This document shows positions 1 through 13,700 of a DNA stretch of 64,000 nt, piece by piece. The position numbers and the translations under genes were made by a program. How positions within the stretch are numbered: position 1 is the stretch's first letter; each line of letters opens with the position of its first letter. The notes under the pieces are model-generated. The model was not told the origin of the DNA. It did no database searches and saw nothing but the letters and a program-made list of their open reading frames with translations. The DNA comes from Paraphysomonas bandaiensis (taxonomy: Eukaryota; Protista; Chrysophyceae): contig CBFFRP010000019.1 in assembly GCA_965644295.1 (NCBI GenBank), positions 186,001 to 250,000 of the forward strand, read 5' to 3'.

Positions 1-458
1 ACGACACATATCGAATTGATTCATTGTCTTTCCCCTGTTCCACCTTCTTTACCATGCGCGCGAAACACATGTCCCATGTGTGACCCACAATTGTTGCAGC
101 ATACTTCGTGACCAGATCTCACTCCAATATGGGGTTGGTCACCAGAATAATAACATTTGGAGTAAGCGTCCCAACCGTCGTCACGGAATTTGGAGGCAGC
201 AGAGTACAACGGATACTTACATGCACGACATGCAAAGTATCCAGTTTTAGGGAAGAAGCGGCAAAATGCGCCAGTACCATAACTCTCTGTCCCCCCTTGA
301 CGGAGCACACGATATTCCGCAGGTGTTAATTCGGCACGCCATTCCTCTTCAGTCTTCTGGTAAGGATAGTCAGATGTTCCTTTTTTTGACGTTTTACCAG
401 TTGATTGATTCGAACGCATTCTGTTCTTCACTGTTGAACCTGTCTGGCTATTTCCCAT
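1..458 (-). CDS. msrB: Methionine-R-sulfoxide reductase (MsrB/SelR), selenoprotein; 3' end runs off the window
   Basis: [24 protein letters not shown], two Zn CxxC motifs (CRAC, CNNC) and HMGHVF. The TGA at 21-23 reads through as GERQ-U-INSICV, matching the catalytic RxCxNS motif. Likely ATG at 458 (MGNSQT). Confidence 0.92.
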
Positions 459-803
459 GCAAGATCTTATTAGTTTGGGAAACGGAATTGTGACGCGACT
501 CAGTGTTACATTCAACTCAGCATGATATGAAATGTGAAATTTTTTGACTGAAATTTTGTGATGAGAATTTTTCTCCAGAAAAACTGAATATTAGTAAAAA
601 AATGGAGAAAAAACCGACTTATTGACGGCAACTGGATAGGGCAGCTGTAGTTCCTCTGTATGAGTGTATTTTGAGGATGCAGAGAAACGTGTGGAATGAA
701 GAGAAAATGCTGCTAAAATTCCTGCCTGTTGCCTGCCCTGCTCTTCGCACATCAGTTCATTTCTTCAACAACTTCACACTGCAAATTTTATCATACCAAC
801 ACT

Positions 804-1040
804 ATGGGCGCAAGTGACTCTAGCTTCGACCGGGCAGCCTGGCATGAAGAGAGAAGCAACGAGAAGTGGTCTGAAGTGCGAGAGAACATCATTGATATGA
901 ATCCTGGGCGAGCAGTGGTCAATGCTGCAGGAGCAGTCGGACATGGTGTCAACTGCACGAAGCATGAAGTCAAAGCATTGGGATCAGAAAAATCGCAAGA
1001 AAGAGCCCGAGAGAACGCCGATCGCATTCTCAAAAGATAA
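804..1040 (+). CDS. Small hypothetical protein (78 aa), possible N-myristoylation (MGASDS)
   Basis: Open frame from ATG 804 with protein-like charged/helical composition; divergent from msrB; no family recognised. Confidence 0.5.
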   Translation: MGASDSSFDRAAWHEERSNEKWSEVRENIIDMNPGRAVVNAAGAVGHGVNCTKHEVKALGSEKSQERARENADRILKR

Positions 1041-4000
1041 ATATTTTCTCTCGCATCTTCTCACCGCTGGCGACAGGAGCATTAGGATCTGTGTCTCTGG
1101 TGCTGTTACGATCAAGATTAACATATTGACGATTATAATGTCATTTTTCGACCATGTTGATGGTTATTAATATCACATATCACTACACCACACAACTCAA
1201 ATCATACAGTTGAATTATCAAAAACTTGTAAAAATCTCACTGCATTGCTTCTCACTGAATCGCGGCATCTGCACTCTGAACCTCTATCTGTATTTATTTA
1301 TGTGGTGGTATACCGGCTTAAATAGAGAGCTATTACTATTCCAATCTAGCTACTTAGTATGTTTTTGCTATGTAGAAAATATAAAATGATGAAATGATTA
1401 AATAGTAGTAAGCAGAGTAACACATAGCCAACTTAACTTTAATGCAAACTTAACTTACATTTTAAGTGCGTGTAATAGTGATTAGAGTGTTAACTGTTCT
1501 TGTTAGTGGACAAGGAACATTAGATCATCAGGAGTAGTGTCCACTAGTAGTTTCGACACGTTAATCATAGACTACAAGTTACTCTATACATGTGTCCATA
1601 CCAACTAAATACAGAAGGTATATCCAATGTTCTTTCTAATAACTCAGTAATGCATACATTATTTTAAGTTTTCTATGAAATTTCCTTCTTGTAGATAGTT
1701 TCAAATTAGAAATCACAGTCAGTAGGACTAGTGAACACTATTCATCAGTATGATTGTATATTGACTTGTCCTAACTACTAGGTTTCGACATTGATCATAG
1801 ACTCGAGCAGTCATCTACATACATAATATGTATGTCCAGATATATCTCATAATATTCACTCTGACTAAAATTTCTAAAATAATGACTAGCTACTTGAAAT
1901 GAATTTAGATGAATAGCAAACTAGCTACTTAACGGCTAACTAAAACCAACGGCTACTTGTATAACCTAACGGTTACATTTTGAAATTAGCTAGACTAAAT
2001 TACTGCAGTATATTACTGAATAGTCTATGCTGCCCCAATAAATATTACTGGATAGACTATATAGTCTATGTCGCCTGAAGAACACTCAACGACTATTGTC
2101 GTAATTGCGACAAAACTCACTAACATTACTCGGTTTATCCTTTTCATATTCATCGAGAATAGCATTGAGGTCAACATCAGATTCATAACTGTCTTTCGAC
2201 TGTGCTTTTGCAAATTTAGCTGCCTGAAGCTTGTGTATGGTGTCTTGTCGGTTCTTTTTGCGAAGATTCTTGTAGTCGCATAGACGAGTCAATGAAGGAA
2301 CACATATCAGACATTATTCAAAAACAAGTCGAAGGAATTGCACAGTACTCATATATGTGAGAGCCCGTCAGTATACAATGTAGGGATTTTGAGAAATGGG
2401 GCCGGATGTGAGGGGTACTCGATGAATTGGAACGATATAAGAAACCTTGTGGTATTGAGAGAAGCAGTGCATGAAATGAAAACCTGGTTGCATATTCGTG
2501 TCCAGTGGTCCATGATTGCCATAGAATGATAAGTCTCCAGTGTAAGGTCAATTCAAGTGTTGTGTTAATTGTAATGTCACTCAAATGAGATAAATATGAG
2601 AGTTTAGAACAACATTTTTGGACTTTTTATCAAGCGACAGATTTTCAGTCAGGAGAAAGCAAAGTGGTCAAAAGAGGGAAGTTCGAAGTGTGTGTGTATA
2701 TTATCGTGAGTGTCCTGTGAGTGAGAGCATCCCATCCATCGTATAGTATCGTACTGCAGTGTATCTGATGGTCGTCTTATACACAGTGATGAGGTGATGT
2801 TACTTGCTCACTTATACAGTACTTATCACTCACTTCACGGTCCCTTGCCGTTCTATATGATGAATTGTATGTTTGAGGATCTACAATGTACCTAGTTAGC
2901 TAAGGCATAACTGTGTATTAGAGTGTCTCTAGAGGTGTCCTCATGAGCAGTCTGTGTGTGTGGTGTGATTCACATCTTATTCATATAGACTCAGGTGTGA
3001 CATTGTGTTGGTGGCTTCTACCAACGTCTATGATTGTGGGGAACATCAACTTGCTGAGGATGTACATGTGTACCGTCTTAATGATACGCTGATACTTATA
3101 TCACACGCTGAAGTTGTGTTGTACTGCATATGGCGCATTGCTATGGATTCATGAGTGGAATTCGACATATTTCATTAACCTGTCAGATATATGTACCAAA
3201 GCTCACTACCGGGTCTAGACAGGGTACTCATGGGGTCTACCATTTCACACCTTACTCTACCTTGCATTTACATTCAAGAGTTTTACGGAAATACGTAAAA
3301 CGTAGAAATATATCTCGAGTTCTGATAGTACGACGAGTTACTAAAAAGATACTATAATATAGTCAACTAGAGCTAGTACCCCATCCGCCTAATACTGGCT
3401 TGCTCAATGCGCAAGGAATGCAAGATAAATTCTAATCTTATCCCCATTTTGTCACAAAAATTTGTTTTTTCAAATGGGTTCAACAGAACGCTCATGTTAG
3501 CACCCGGCAAATAGAGGTATTCAACTTCACTATTCGGTTCGAACAGAGACAACGCCTATTTTAACTATGATATTTACAGTCTTATGTATGATATTCCATT
3601 ATATTGCACAATTTTTAGTGAAGCACAAGGATAATTTAACTTTCAAAACCTAATCACCAAACACTCCGCGCCTGCTTCCATCCTTCGTCTGATTTAGATG
3701 ATCATAATGATGTCAGTGCAAGTGACCTATATCTTCATATCCAGGACTTCGAAACAATACTTCAAGAAAATTACTAGACACTTCATCTGCTGAAGGTGAC
3801 TTGGTGTAGTGGCACCCAGTCTTTTAAGGGTTTGGGTCATGTCGTGCTTATCAGGATTGTGTGCGTCGTATCAGACACAGTTGTGATTGCAGGGGTTAAG
3901 CGTGATGTACATAAATGTAATGATCATACCAACTTCAATAATAAGCCTCGTGCGACTGCAATTTTTTATACTCAACACATTTTTGTACGAATTGCAATAC

Positions 4001-4738
4001 CTCGCAGTTGTTAGATTCTAGATTCCCCCAGCATCCTTCTGTGGTACTGATACATTTATTGTAGCTATTATTGAATATCGGGGCTTTATTGAATTGAGAA
4101 AATCTTGTAAAATCGCCATTCCCTTATGTCGATACCAAAACTGTACTTTTATTAGATTTATTAACGTCAATCAGGGAACACCTATTTCCTCTTACAGCAA
4201 ACTACAACTAGCTATACATTCTAGATGTATTAGGTTTTCAACATCATGAGGGTAAGCTGCAGTTCAACCTAGAGATAACAAGTATAGAGTATAGTCCAAA
4301 TTTTAAAACTCGGGCATTTCGCCGTCGTTTCAGTATCATTTTGAACGCGGGACGATATAGCCTCCGTTTAACCCGTAGTTAAGTAAAAACTATAGGTTTC
4401 ATCATCACAGAAATATACGATATACGGTGAAGTAGATAAATAGTAACGTAATGCAACACTGTAATGACGCAGTTGCCAACTTAGTAGCGACACGCTACAC
4501 ACAGCTACTTTTAGACTCCACATCCTACACATTCCTCCTCAGAACTTCCATCATGACTATAGTAAAATACAAGCTGAATAGTCGAAAATATTACTTAATT
4601 TTGAACTCGCCACCAGGAATCAATTCGTGTAATTACACAATACAACTATGTCTACGTGCAATTCATATCGCTATAGTTATTCAATGCACAGTTTGTAATA
4701 CCCTTTGACTCAAGGTCATACTCGTGGGTACAACAAAC

Positions 4739-7526
4739 TTATTCCAAGCTGTGTGTCTCAATGCTTTGTAGTTCAGCTTGTAGAGTTTCTTGGCGATACC
4801 TACAAGCGATAAAAGACGTAAAATAAGTATTGACTCGTAGCGATGATATATTTTAAGACACCAATATATACTACAATGTACAATGCCAATTCGATGCTCA
4901 CCGCAGGCGAATCATTGGCACATTGGTCTCGCAAATATCCGAATAGTCCATCCCAAGAAAGTGCTGCTTGTATTCATTCTCCCACCCTGATTGCAGTACA
5001 CTGTTGCGAGCGATCTCACACTGATCAGTCGATGTTAACTTCCACACCTACACAATCAACAATGAAACACAACACAGCACATATAACTGCAATACACGAT
5101 ACAACATGAATCAGTGCCCAATGGCGATAGAACACATCGTACATATGCGAAATCAACATCAAGACAAACCTGGGTGGCAACAGAATACTCCTCAACCAGA
5201 GCATCCTTAGTGTAGTGTAGCATAAGAGGATCATCAGTACTTAATGAAACATTCATTCCCTGTCGGAAGTACTTGGGAAATGGATTTTTATTGTAGTCCA
5301 GAAAAAGCTTATTGTTTGAAAGAGGCGACATGGCGACACCTATCTGAGATAGGTAGTAAAGAAAGTGTAGCCCAGGTGCCTTTCGCAAGAGAATTCCGTG
5401 GTTTACCTATTTAACACTTATTAACTGCCGACACATAATAATATAAGCTATAGGAGGTATGCTATTTACATGTTGGTATCAACATGTACACTGTAATCAG
5501 CTTATACCTGTTGCGCCAACAGGTAAGCCGACAGAAGGTGGTCTACGTCTCCGGCCTCCCCGCAGTGAGGACGGAACTCAAACGTTGTCATTCCACGAGC
5601 TACTCGTAGCTGGTTGAGAGTGCACATATTGGCATACATGTAGTAGAGCCAATATCCGTACGGGGGGTTCTCAGCGAGGGTCCACTCGTGTGGCTTCTGA
5701 AGATTATCAGGGCTACCTGTAAACGTAAGGAGTGTGAGTTGCATACGTATACAAATGACATCAAAGTAAATCCGAGTCTCTTTAACATAGAATCAAAAAG
5801 AGATAGATTAGATATTGGACAATTTAAAGTATATAGATTCTCGTGAGTTACCCGACCTGTCATGTGTCCGTATTCTGGTCTGCTTTCGTCGTCAACGCTG
5901 TCGAAGCCTACGACAGTCTCAAGAAAATAGTGCAGTGGAACATTAGACTCTGGGTTAAGTGTGACTTCAAACAGTGGGGCGAAGATATTATGAATCATCT
6001 CCGAAAACGATTTCATTTCACCCCCTTTGCGGTATATGTGGAAGAGACGTGGCACCTGAATGAGCCAGCGGACGTTTTGATGTGCCAAGCGGTTCACATA
6101 GAACCACTGAGCCAGGTTAGACCATTCCGACGGCTTTCGCCCATAAATGGATATGCGCCACTCCACTAACTGATATTTACTGGCTTCTAGGTCAGCCATT
6201 ACTTCCTGGGTAATCTCCGCCAAGTAGCGCCCCCCGATTACGTTTTCCGTCTTTAGAAATATTTCCCTCAGGCGAGACTGCCCAGCAGGATTGTATTTTA
6301 AATTGAAGCGATCAAATCGGTGAAAAGTGTTGTTGGCATGCATATCGAGAGTATCAATAGACAAGTCATAAGCCGTCAACTGTAGCGATTTGAATACTTC
6401 ACCCAAGGTTAAAAATTTCCCATCACGAAACACAACAACCTCATCAGGATTGTTGCGAAGCTTCTTCTTAATAAAACGTAAAAGATGCTTCTGATTCATA
6501 CACGCGCTGTGGTGAACGTGGGTGTCCACTTTGCGTACATTATAAAAGTCTCTGTGTGGGACGGATTTAGTTGCCTCCAATTCCCTGGTATCATTGAGAA
6601 GCATGTGCATATTAAACTTCGCTGATAGGAGTTCCAGTCGCTTGAAAGCATACGATTTAACAGGGCCCGAATACACCGCCTGACGCACCTGCATATAAAG
6701 TGTATAAGTAATCATATTACAAATAAACAAGTATATAAGCGCCAGCGAAGGTAAAACACCATACCAAGATCAGAATAAAAACGTTGTCTAAACTACAAAT
6801 ACTGTATGACGATGTGCACCACAAATACTGAATTTGAATCATATACTAAATACTTACAAAGTTGTAATCAGTAAAGAACTCTTCGAACGATATTGCAGTG
6901 AACGCAGGTTCATCGGTTTCTTTATAGTTAACAGAAAATACGCCATTCTGGTATGTATGAGTGTATTCTTCTGTGGAAGGAGGAAGAGGTCGACTAAAGA
7001 CATCATATTCAGGCTCCGCGCGGCGCCGATAATGTCCCGAATTTGAACTTAATCTAGGTTCCCTTTTCTTCTTGGCATGGATATTATGCGCAGACATATA
7101 CTTCTCCCTCAATTGCATACACTTCTTGAGAGTTTTACATGCTGTTATCGTGTCACGGTCAGTATCTTCTCCACTCTCAGTAATAATAACGCGTTGGTAA
7201 TTAGTGGGATGTGGGTAAGGCTCAGGAATTGCTTCAAAAAGATGCTTGCGAACATCCTCCACTTCCTCAGATTTTTCTTCTCTACATGCTTCAATACGTG
7301 CTAATTCACTATCACTAAGAGAAAGTAAACTTGCATGACTATCTGTACGTTCTCTTGCTGCAGTTTTTATTGTTGATAACATTTTAGCCTTTCCTCTTGC
7401 TTCAGCTAAAACACTCGCCTCAAATTGATCTCTTTCAGGACTTGCTGGTGCCCCAACAATCCTTCCTTCATCCTCATATTCATCAGGATCTTCCAATGGT
7501 ACAAGCTTATCATCATATGATTCCAT
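4739..7526 (-). CDS. AMPD: AMP deaminase (6 exons)
   Basis: [44 protein letters not shown]. Exons about 7526-6858, 6688-5857, 5716-5508, 5406-5170, 5047-4902, 4799-4739, joined by GT-AG introns in phase. Confidence 0.96.
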
Positions 7527-8599
7527 TATTAATAATATATTCTTAATATAATATGAAAGTAATAAGAAGAATATGAAAGCAAGCTGTTCTTCTTCTTATA
7601 TAATCATCTTATCTATGCATCTTCTCGGCACTCCTGTGGCTCACACACGGGCTCATCTGGTTAGCGAAAGACAGAATATCATCCAACTCCACGTATGTAC
7701 GTATGTACGGGAGTAAATGTATGTATTCTTGGATACCATACTGTGTATATGTGCCAATGGTGTGGAGTTATGAAGTGTAGTCAACATAATACAGCTGTAT
7801 ATGAACCCTCCATTGTACCCCGTACACCTCCAAAGATCATAGTATGAATACCGTGGAATACCGAAGTATACTGGCCCATATATAGCTAGGCGGTGTGTGA
7901 CTGATGTGTTCAGCTCATGCATATGTATGTATGCGTATCGGCATCCTTCGTATATTTTTGTTCAAAGATGCCTCTAATATTGAGACAACAATTATGTGTA
8001 TTCTAGCCATAGTTATACTGCAGTTATATAGAATTTTTTTGCAGTTATTTTTGCTTCATTTTATTCCCGAAAAATAAGATGCTGACTGCCGATACGTGTG
8101 TATATATCGTCCATGGATACTATCTATGCAACCAGTGCATTGGATCCTCTATTGTATGGGAAGGCTCACAGATTATACACAGAGACTTAAAGTACATTTC
8201 AAGCTCACATGTCCACTAACCTTTATTAAACTCAATCAGAAAGATGAGTTCATGGTATATAAGAGTCTATAGCTGGTAAACAGTCTAGTTAAGGATACTA
8301 TCGCCAAGCTACACATGAGGACTAGCCTGTGAAGGCTAATGAGGCAAATGGTAGATACAACAAACGAAACAAGAAATCCTTAAGAGGTTAATATGACTTA
8401 AGCAGACGTTCTCAATCTCGTCAGTACTAAAGAGGCATGTTGAGTAGGTGTCCAGAGTGCTGGCTGACAATACTGGACTAGAAGTGCTGTCTTTATGCGA
8501 ATAACTCTGATGGTTGTCTTTGTATCCTGATAATCATGTCGATTTATAGATAGAGAAAAGCTTAATTTTCTTGCATTGCGTATATTTTAGTAGATAGAT

Positions 8600-9280
8600 G
8601 TGTCATGGAGTTTACATGGATATCACCGAGTTTACGGTTCAAACCAAACAATAAGTAACAATTCTGTGTAGTCTATTGAAATCTGATGCCAAACACACCC
8701 AAAGGAAGAGGATGCTGCAACGAATAAGGTCTGGAGAACTTTCAGCAGCAGATATCCAAACACTCCAAGAAATACATATGAAAACACCACGATGATGTCA
8801 ATAAAAGTGATATCATTTTTAACCCAGGAGTTCACAATAATACGTCCGATGCTTAAGGCGATTTGAATAAGTGGTCACAGTCATTCCGTCATTCCCTTCA
8901 GGGTTTGGGTGAGAGTATTGGTGAATTATGTCGTTTTCTAACTCACTTGCACGAGTTGCCATATTCCCTCATAGGGATACAGTTGTTGTAGCAATTGTTT
9001 AAATTTAGAATTTAGCACAGTTGGCAGGTGACACTCCCTTGTCATATAGATCCACTTCACTTGAAACAGTACTTGATTTATTCATTTCAGAGAATAGCAA
9101 TTTCATCTACCAGCAAGCAACAAAAGTGTTCTATGAACCAATTTTACTGACTCTTACACACCTATTGCTAATAGTAAGACATTCACTACTAGATATTCAA
9201 AATCATGAGGATAAGCTACGATTTAAAGTGCTAGCTAGTTCGTTATGGTACATTAGTTCTGACTCTCACACGCATATTAT
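8600..9280 (+). mobile_element. Heavily decayed relic, probably a tyrosine-recombinase retroelement 3' end
   Basis: Ends in two copies of the terminal motif ctgac..cacacRcctattgctaa seen at 27.0, 29.3 and 51-52 kb. Weak GHS.. and GR*HS (GRWxS-like) peptide traces near 8875 and 9024. Left boundary is uncertain. Confidence 0.35.
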
Positions 9281-10250
9281 CAGGCTTGCGTAACAATTAA
9301 TTGGTGACAGGTGTCCAACAATAATAATTGCAATTATAAATCAAGCATTCAATTATTAACAATGCAATTAATTGGCAGTAATTGCCAATTAATTGCCTTT
9401 AATTCTATTGATAGATTTTAGAATAACTTTCACATTTCAAGGTGTCTATAGGCTATATTCTCTTGCAAAAATCTAGTCATAACTATCTTAGCTCTGGTAA
9501 ACAACCTCTCATAAACATTGGTAGTGCTATACAAATACTTCATGCAACGATATCGTGTTGGAAGTTTGATGCGTGCTTTTTGGTCCTCTCGGTTGTCTAT
9601 AAGTAAACGAATGGCGTCGTCTTCCTCCTCCTCATCTTTTTCTTCAAGTTCACCTTCGTGTGCAGGTACATCATTTATCAAAAAGCATCGCACCTGTGCT
9701 TTTTCAGCGCGCTGAATTTTGACTACTGCTCTCTCAAGATCTGCATTTTAAACAATTTCCGCGTCAGCACCCAGGTGAAATTTCATCCCAGGGTACTGAC
9801 GAATGAAATCATCAAATTTGTTCATTCGATGCCATCTTGTTGAATGATAAGTATGGCTACCCAATGCTTCTAGTTTATTGTTGTTGTACACACACACTAC
9901 GGATCCTCTGTATTAAGGTATTCTTGCACACACATACTTCTCTTCTCTGATAGTGGTACCTATCGGATACACTTATAACGTCATTTACACTACTATAATT
10001 GAATATTTCGAAGTAGTTGAATATGCTGTCACATACATTATATGCTATGTATGTAGACGATAGTTATGGAAGTGCTCAGTTTGTCCTTTCCCAATGATCT
10101 TTGACATGATCTCTTGTATACTAACCCTAATTACGATTAATAAAATGATAACGTAACTGTGCACATGCATCCATACATCCATACTACTATGCTAACTTGT
10201 ATTGGGTGCGTACCTAAGATCAGTAGCTAGATATCGTAAGATGCTATATA

Positions 10251-10569
10251 TGTCAAGGTTTGACATTATATGAGAAGTATTAACTTAACAACAGAAGGTA
10301 ACTTATACTCAAAGCTGAGAATTATAAATTATAATCAATGTCTCTTATCATTCATCAATATCATGTTGTCTCCACTACCACTCATTTCTCGTACGACGAT
10401 CTTACATCGTCACTACAACTTGCATCGTCACAATATTCCGTTTTACCGCTATGTGCTTATCGTCATTCATTCTCACAATACGATTAACAAGACTACAACT
10501 GTATAATACAGTAATTTAAATACCTTATAACTACAGCTTTCAATTGCTCTCATATAGCAGAACTCAACA
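10251..10569 (-). repeat. 3' LTR of the Copia element
   Basis: Direct repeat of 15464-15782; on the minus strand it is preceded by the PPT TTGAGAGGGAG (10570-10580). Confidence 0.97.
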
Positions 10570-10712
10570 CTCCCTCTCAATTCAAAGCTGTAGATAGACT
10601 CTTCACATCACAAGACATAACTGACGGATACGCAACCACCGAAACCAAACAGGACAAACAGGTGGACGTATGACTCCGACATTTCAGCTAGTCTCACAGC
10701 ACAGTCAACTGA

Positions 10713-13700
10713 TCACTTACGTCGTTTGAACGTCTTTTCTCTAATAACCTCAACAGATGATTTTCGATCCTCTCCTAGGCATCTCTTCCTGTGTTTCTCG
10801 AAAGTTACACCACACAACGATTTCGTGAATATGTCTGCTGTCTGATCATCTGTTCCAACGTGGTACAATATGGCAGTGTTAAAGAGGCCATCTGGATCTA
10901 CGTGTTCCCTAACCCAATGGTATTTGATCTCGATGTGTTTTGAACGCTTATGGAACACCGGATTCAATGCTAAGTCACGAGCACTCTGGCTATCCAAGAA
11001 AAATGGTGTGGGTTCGCGTAGACGGAGTCCTAATTCGTCCAACACCCCCCGAAGCCATACCAGTTCTTGCATGCCAGCATACATAGCCTGATACTCACTT
11101 TGCATTGATGACGTTGAAACGGTAGCCTGTAAAATGGACTGCCAGATAAGTGGTCCACCGGCGGCAAATACTATGTATCCAGTCGTAGATCGGCGTGACA
11201 CCACATCGCCAGCCCAGTCTGCATCAGTAAAGATGTGCATGTCGAAGTGCTTACTACTGAACCGAATACCCTTTCGAACTGTACCCCTAACGTACTGCAA
11301 TAGGTACGTCATTAAATAACATGTAGCCCGGGTAGGCTTAGATGCATATCTAGATAACAAACCAACTGCATATGCAATATCAGGGCGAGTATTCATAGAT
11401 AGATATAACATGGCACCCAGTAGGCTGCGATAAGGATAATTATCTACTCCCTCTTTCTCCTCAGGTGTGAGATCGCTGTCTGCTTGATTAATTCTGTCCA
11501 TTGCATCGAGGGGTAGCGGCGACTTTCGGATTTTTGATGAGGGACCGAGGAAATCAGCGAATTTGAGAAGAATTTTCTCCGCATATGTCTGCTGATCCAG
11601 CTGAATGAAATCCTGTCCTCGCGTGACACGAACATTCAGGAAATGTTCAACGGCTCCCATATCCGTCATGTCGAATCGTTCGCAGAATCTAGCTTTTATT
11701 TCTGTAATAATATTAAGGTCAGCACATGCGATGACGATGTCATCCACATATATGGTGAGATACACTTTATGACCTTTATATACAGCATGATACAAGCAAG
11801 GTTCTAACACACACGGTCGAAATCCCAAGGATTTGATGAACTTGTTTATGGTTTTCCACCATGATCGTGGTGAACTACGGAGTCCATATAGAGATTTCTT
11901 CAATTTAAAACAATGTCCAGGTGGAAGTTGAAAATCTGGAGTAGGATTCATGTAAACGTCGCCTTCAATATCGGCATAACAGAACGCACTGGAGACATCG
12001 AGTTGATGCACAAACATACTGAACACAAGAGCCAACGCCAGAATCAACCGAACAGATATACTCTTGACTACAGGGGCAAATGTGTTGTCCACATCGACGC
12101 CAGATTGTTGACCGTACCCAAGTGCTACAAGTCGTGCTTTATGCTTCTTGATGGAGCCATCCTTATTGTACTTTCGCTTATATACGTAACGAGATTTAAG
12201 AGGTCGTGCATCAGGCGGAGTTTCTACTACTTCAAACACTTCACGCTGAAAAAGTGCATTCCGTTCTAATCTGCGCGCCTCCTTCCATTTGTCTGCATCA
12301 CTACACTGAAGAGACTCTTCGTATGACTCAGGCTCCCTATAATCAGACGGGTCAGTAATCAATGAGTCATCACTTGCCTTACACATATTAACGGCATCTT
12401 CCCCACACAGGAAGTTGATTTCACCCAGAGTAGACACGTTGGTCATCACTCTTTGGGTTCGTACCCTCTTGCTTATAGCAGCTGGCGGGTTAGCAGTTTG
12501 ACTACTAGGGACACACACACTTGTCTCTCTAGACGAAGTGCTCACGCTTCTCTCGGGTAAGGCACATGGAGTCTGCTCACTCCCTGATGAGTCATCTGCC
12601 GTAGACTGTTTGGGTGTCCCACCCCCAGCCGGCATCGATCGCTCCTCACCACCTGCCCCATCGTCACGGGTCGCAGGATTTTCGTGCCACCTGCGCAAAT
12701 TATACGACTGAGTTAGTTTCACTACATCAGCTATATGTATCGGAGTCTTCTCCTCCAACTGCTCTCTACCAGCAGTTACTAAGGCTCTATAAGCCACGAT
12801 CAAACCTTTCCGAACCACGACTCTCGTAGTCCTAAACAGGAAACCCTCATCGGTATGGTAAGATCCAATCAAATGGTTGAACTCTTCAACCTGTCGAGCC
12901 TGGGGATCATGTTTAACTAACGCAGCCTCCAGCTCCTCGAAATACTCCTTCTCTCTGGGGGGAATGCTTTCGTCGAATAACACATGTATTGACACAACTT
13001 CGGACTCTCCTAGCCATATTCTGTATCCCCTCTTCTTTTTGGAGAGACCTAAAAAATATCCAATCTGCGATTTGCCTTGCCAATTTTTTCGACGATCACC
13101 CCTGGGAGTCTTCACATAAGCTTTACACCCCCATCGACGTAAACTGGATAAATCCGGAACAGAACCTCCAGGTACACACTCCATGGGAGACATCCATCCG
13201 CGGTAGGTCCGAGTGGGCATCATGCGAATAATTTCAGATGCATATACGTAGGCATCCCACCAGAATGGAACTGGGAATCCAGCATCTGACAGCATTGCAA
13301 GAGTCATCTCTCCCGCGGTTCGAAAACGTCTCTCAGACACGCCATTCATCTCAGGTGAGTCCGTAGAGCTCCACGTAATTGAGGTGCCAAACTTGCTGTG
13401 AAGATACTCCTGAATAGACTTATCAATGAGTTCGGCTCCCCCATCGGCATGATACACAGATAGTCGATGAACTCCTGGATACTTGGGAAGAAGAACCTCG
13501 ACCCAATTCCTAATGTGCTCCAACACCTCACTTGCGGTCCGAGTTTTCAACGGAAACTCCCAGCATTCCTTGGTGGCCACATCTGTCAACGCTAATACAT
13601 ACCGGTATCCCTGTCGAGATGGACAATTGAAATATACTCCTATATCGACAGTTACTTTTTCCAGAAACCTTGTCGCCTGTAGCTCTTCATCACTCTTCCC

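Noticed and set aside
1300-4700. Possible decayed transposon fragments (2086-2584 ORF pieces, short repeated ctagctactt and gtttcgaca motifs)
   Set aside because: I could not define TIRs, a TSD or a convincing transposase motif.
10270-10506. Repeated 78-aa ORF (also 15483-15719 and a 69-aa variant at 43070)
   Set aside because: Antisense frame inside the LTR, repeated only because the LTR is.
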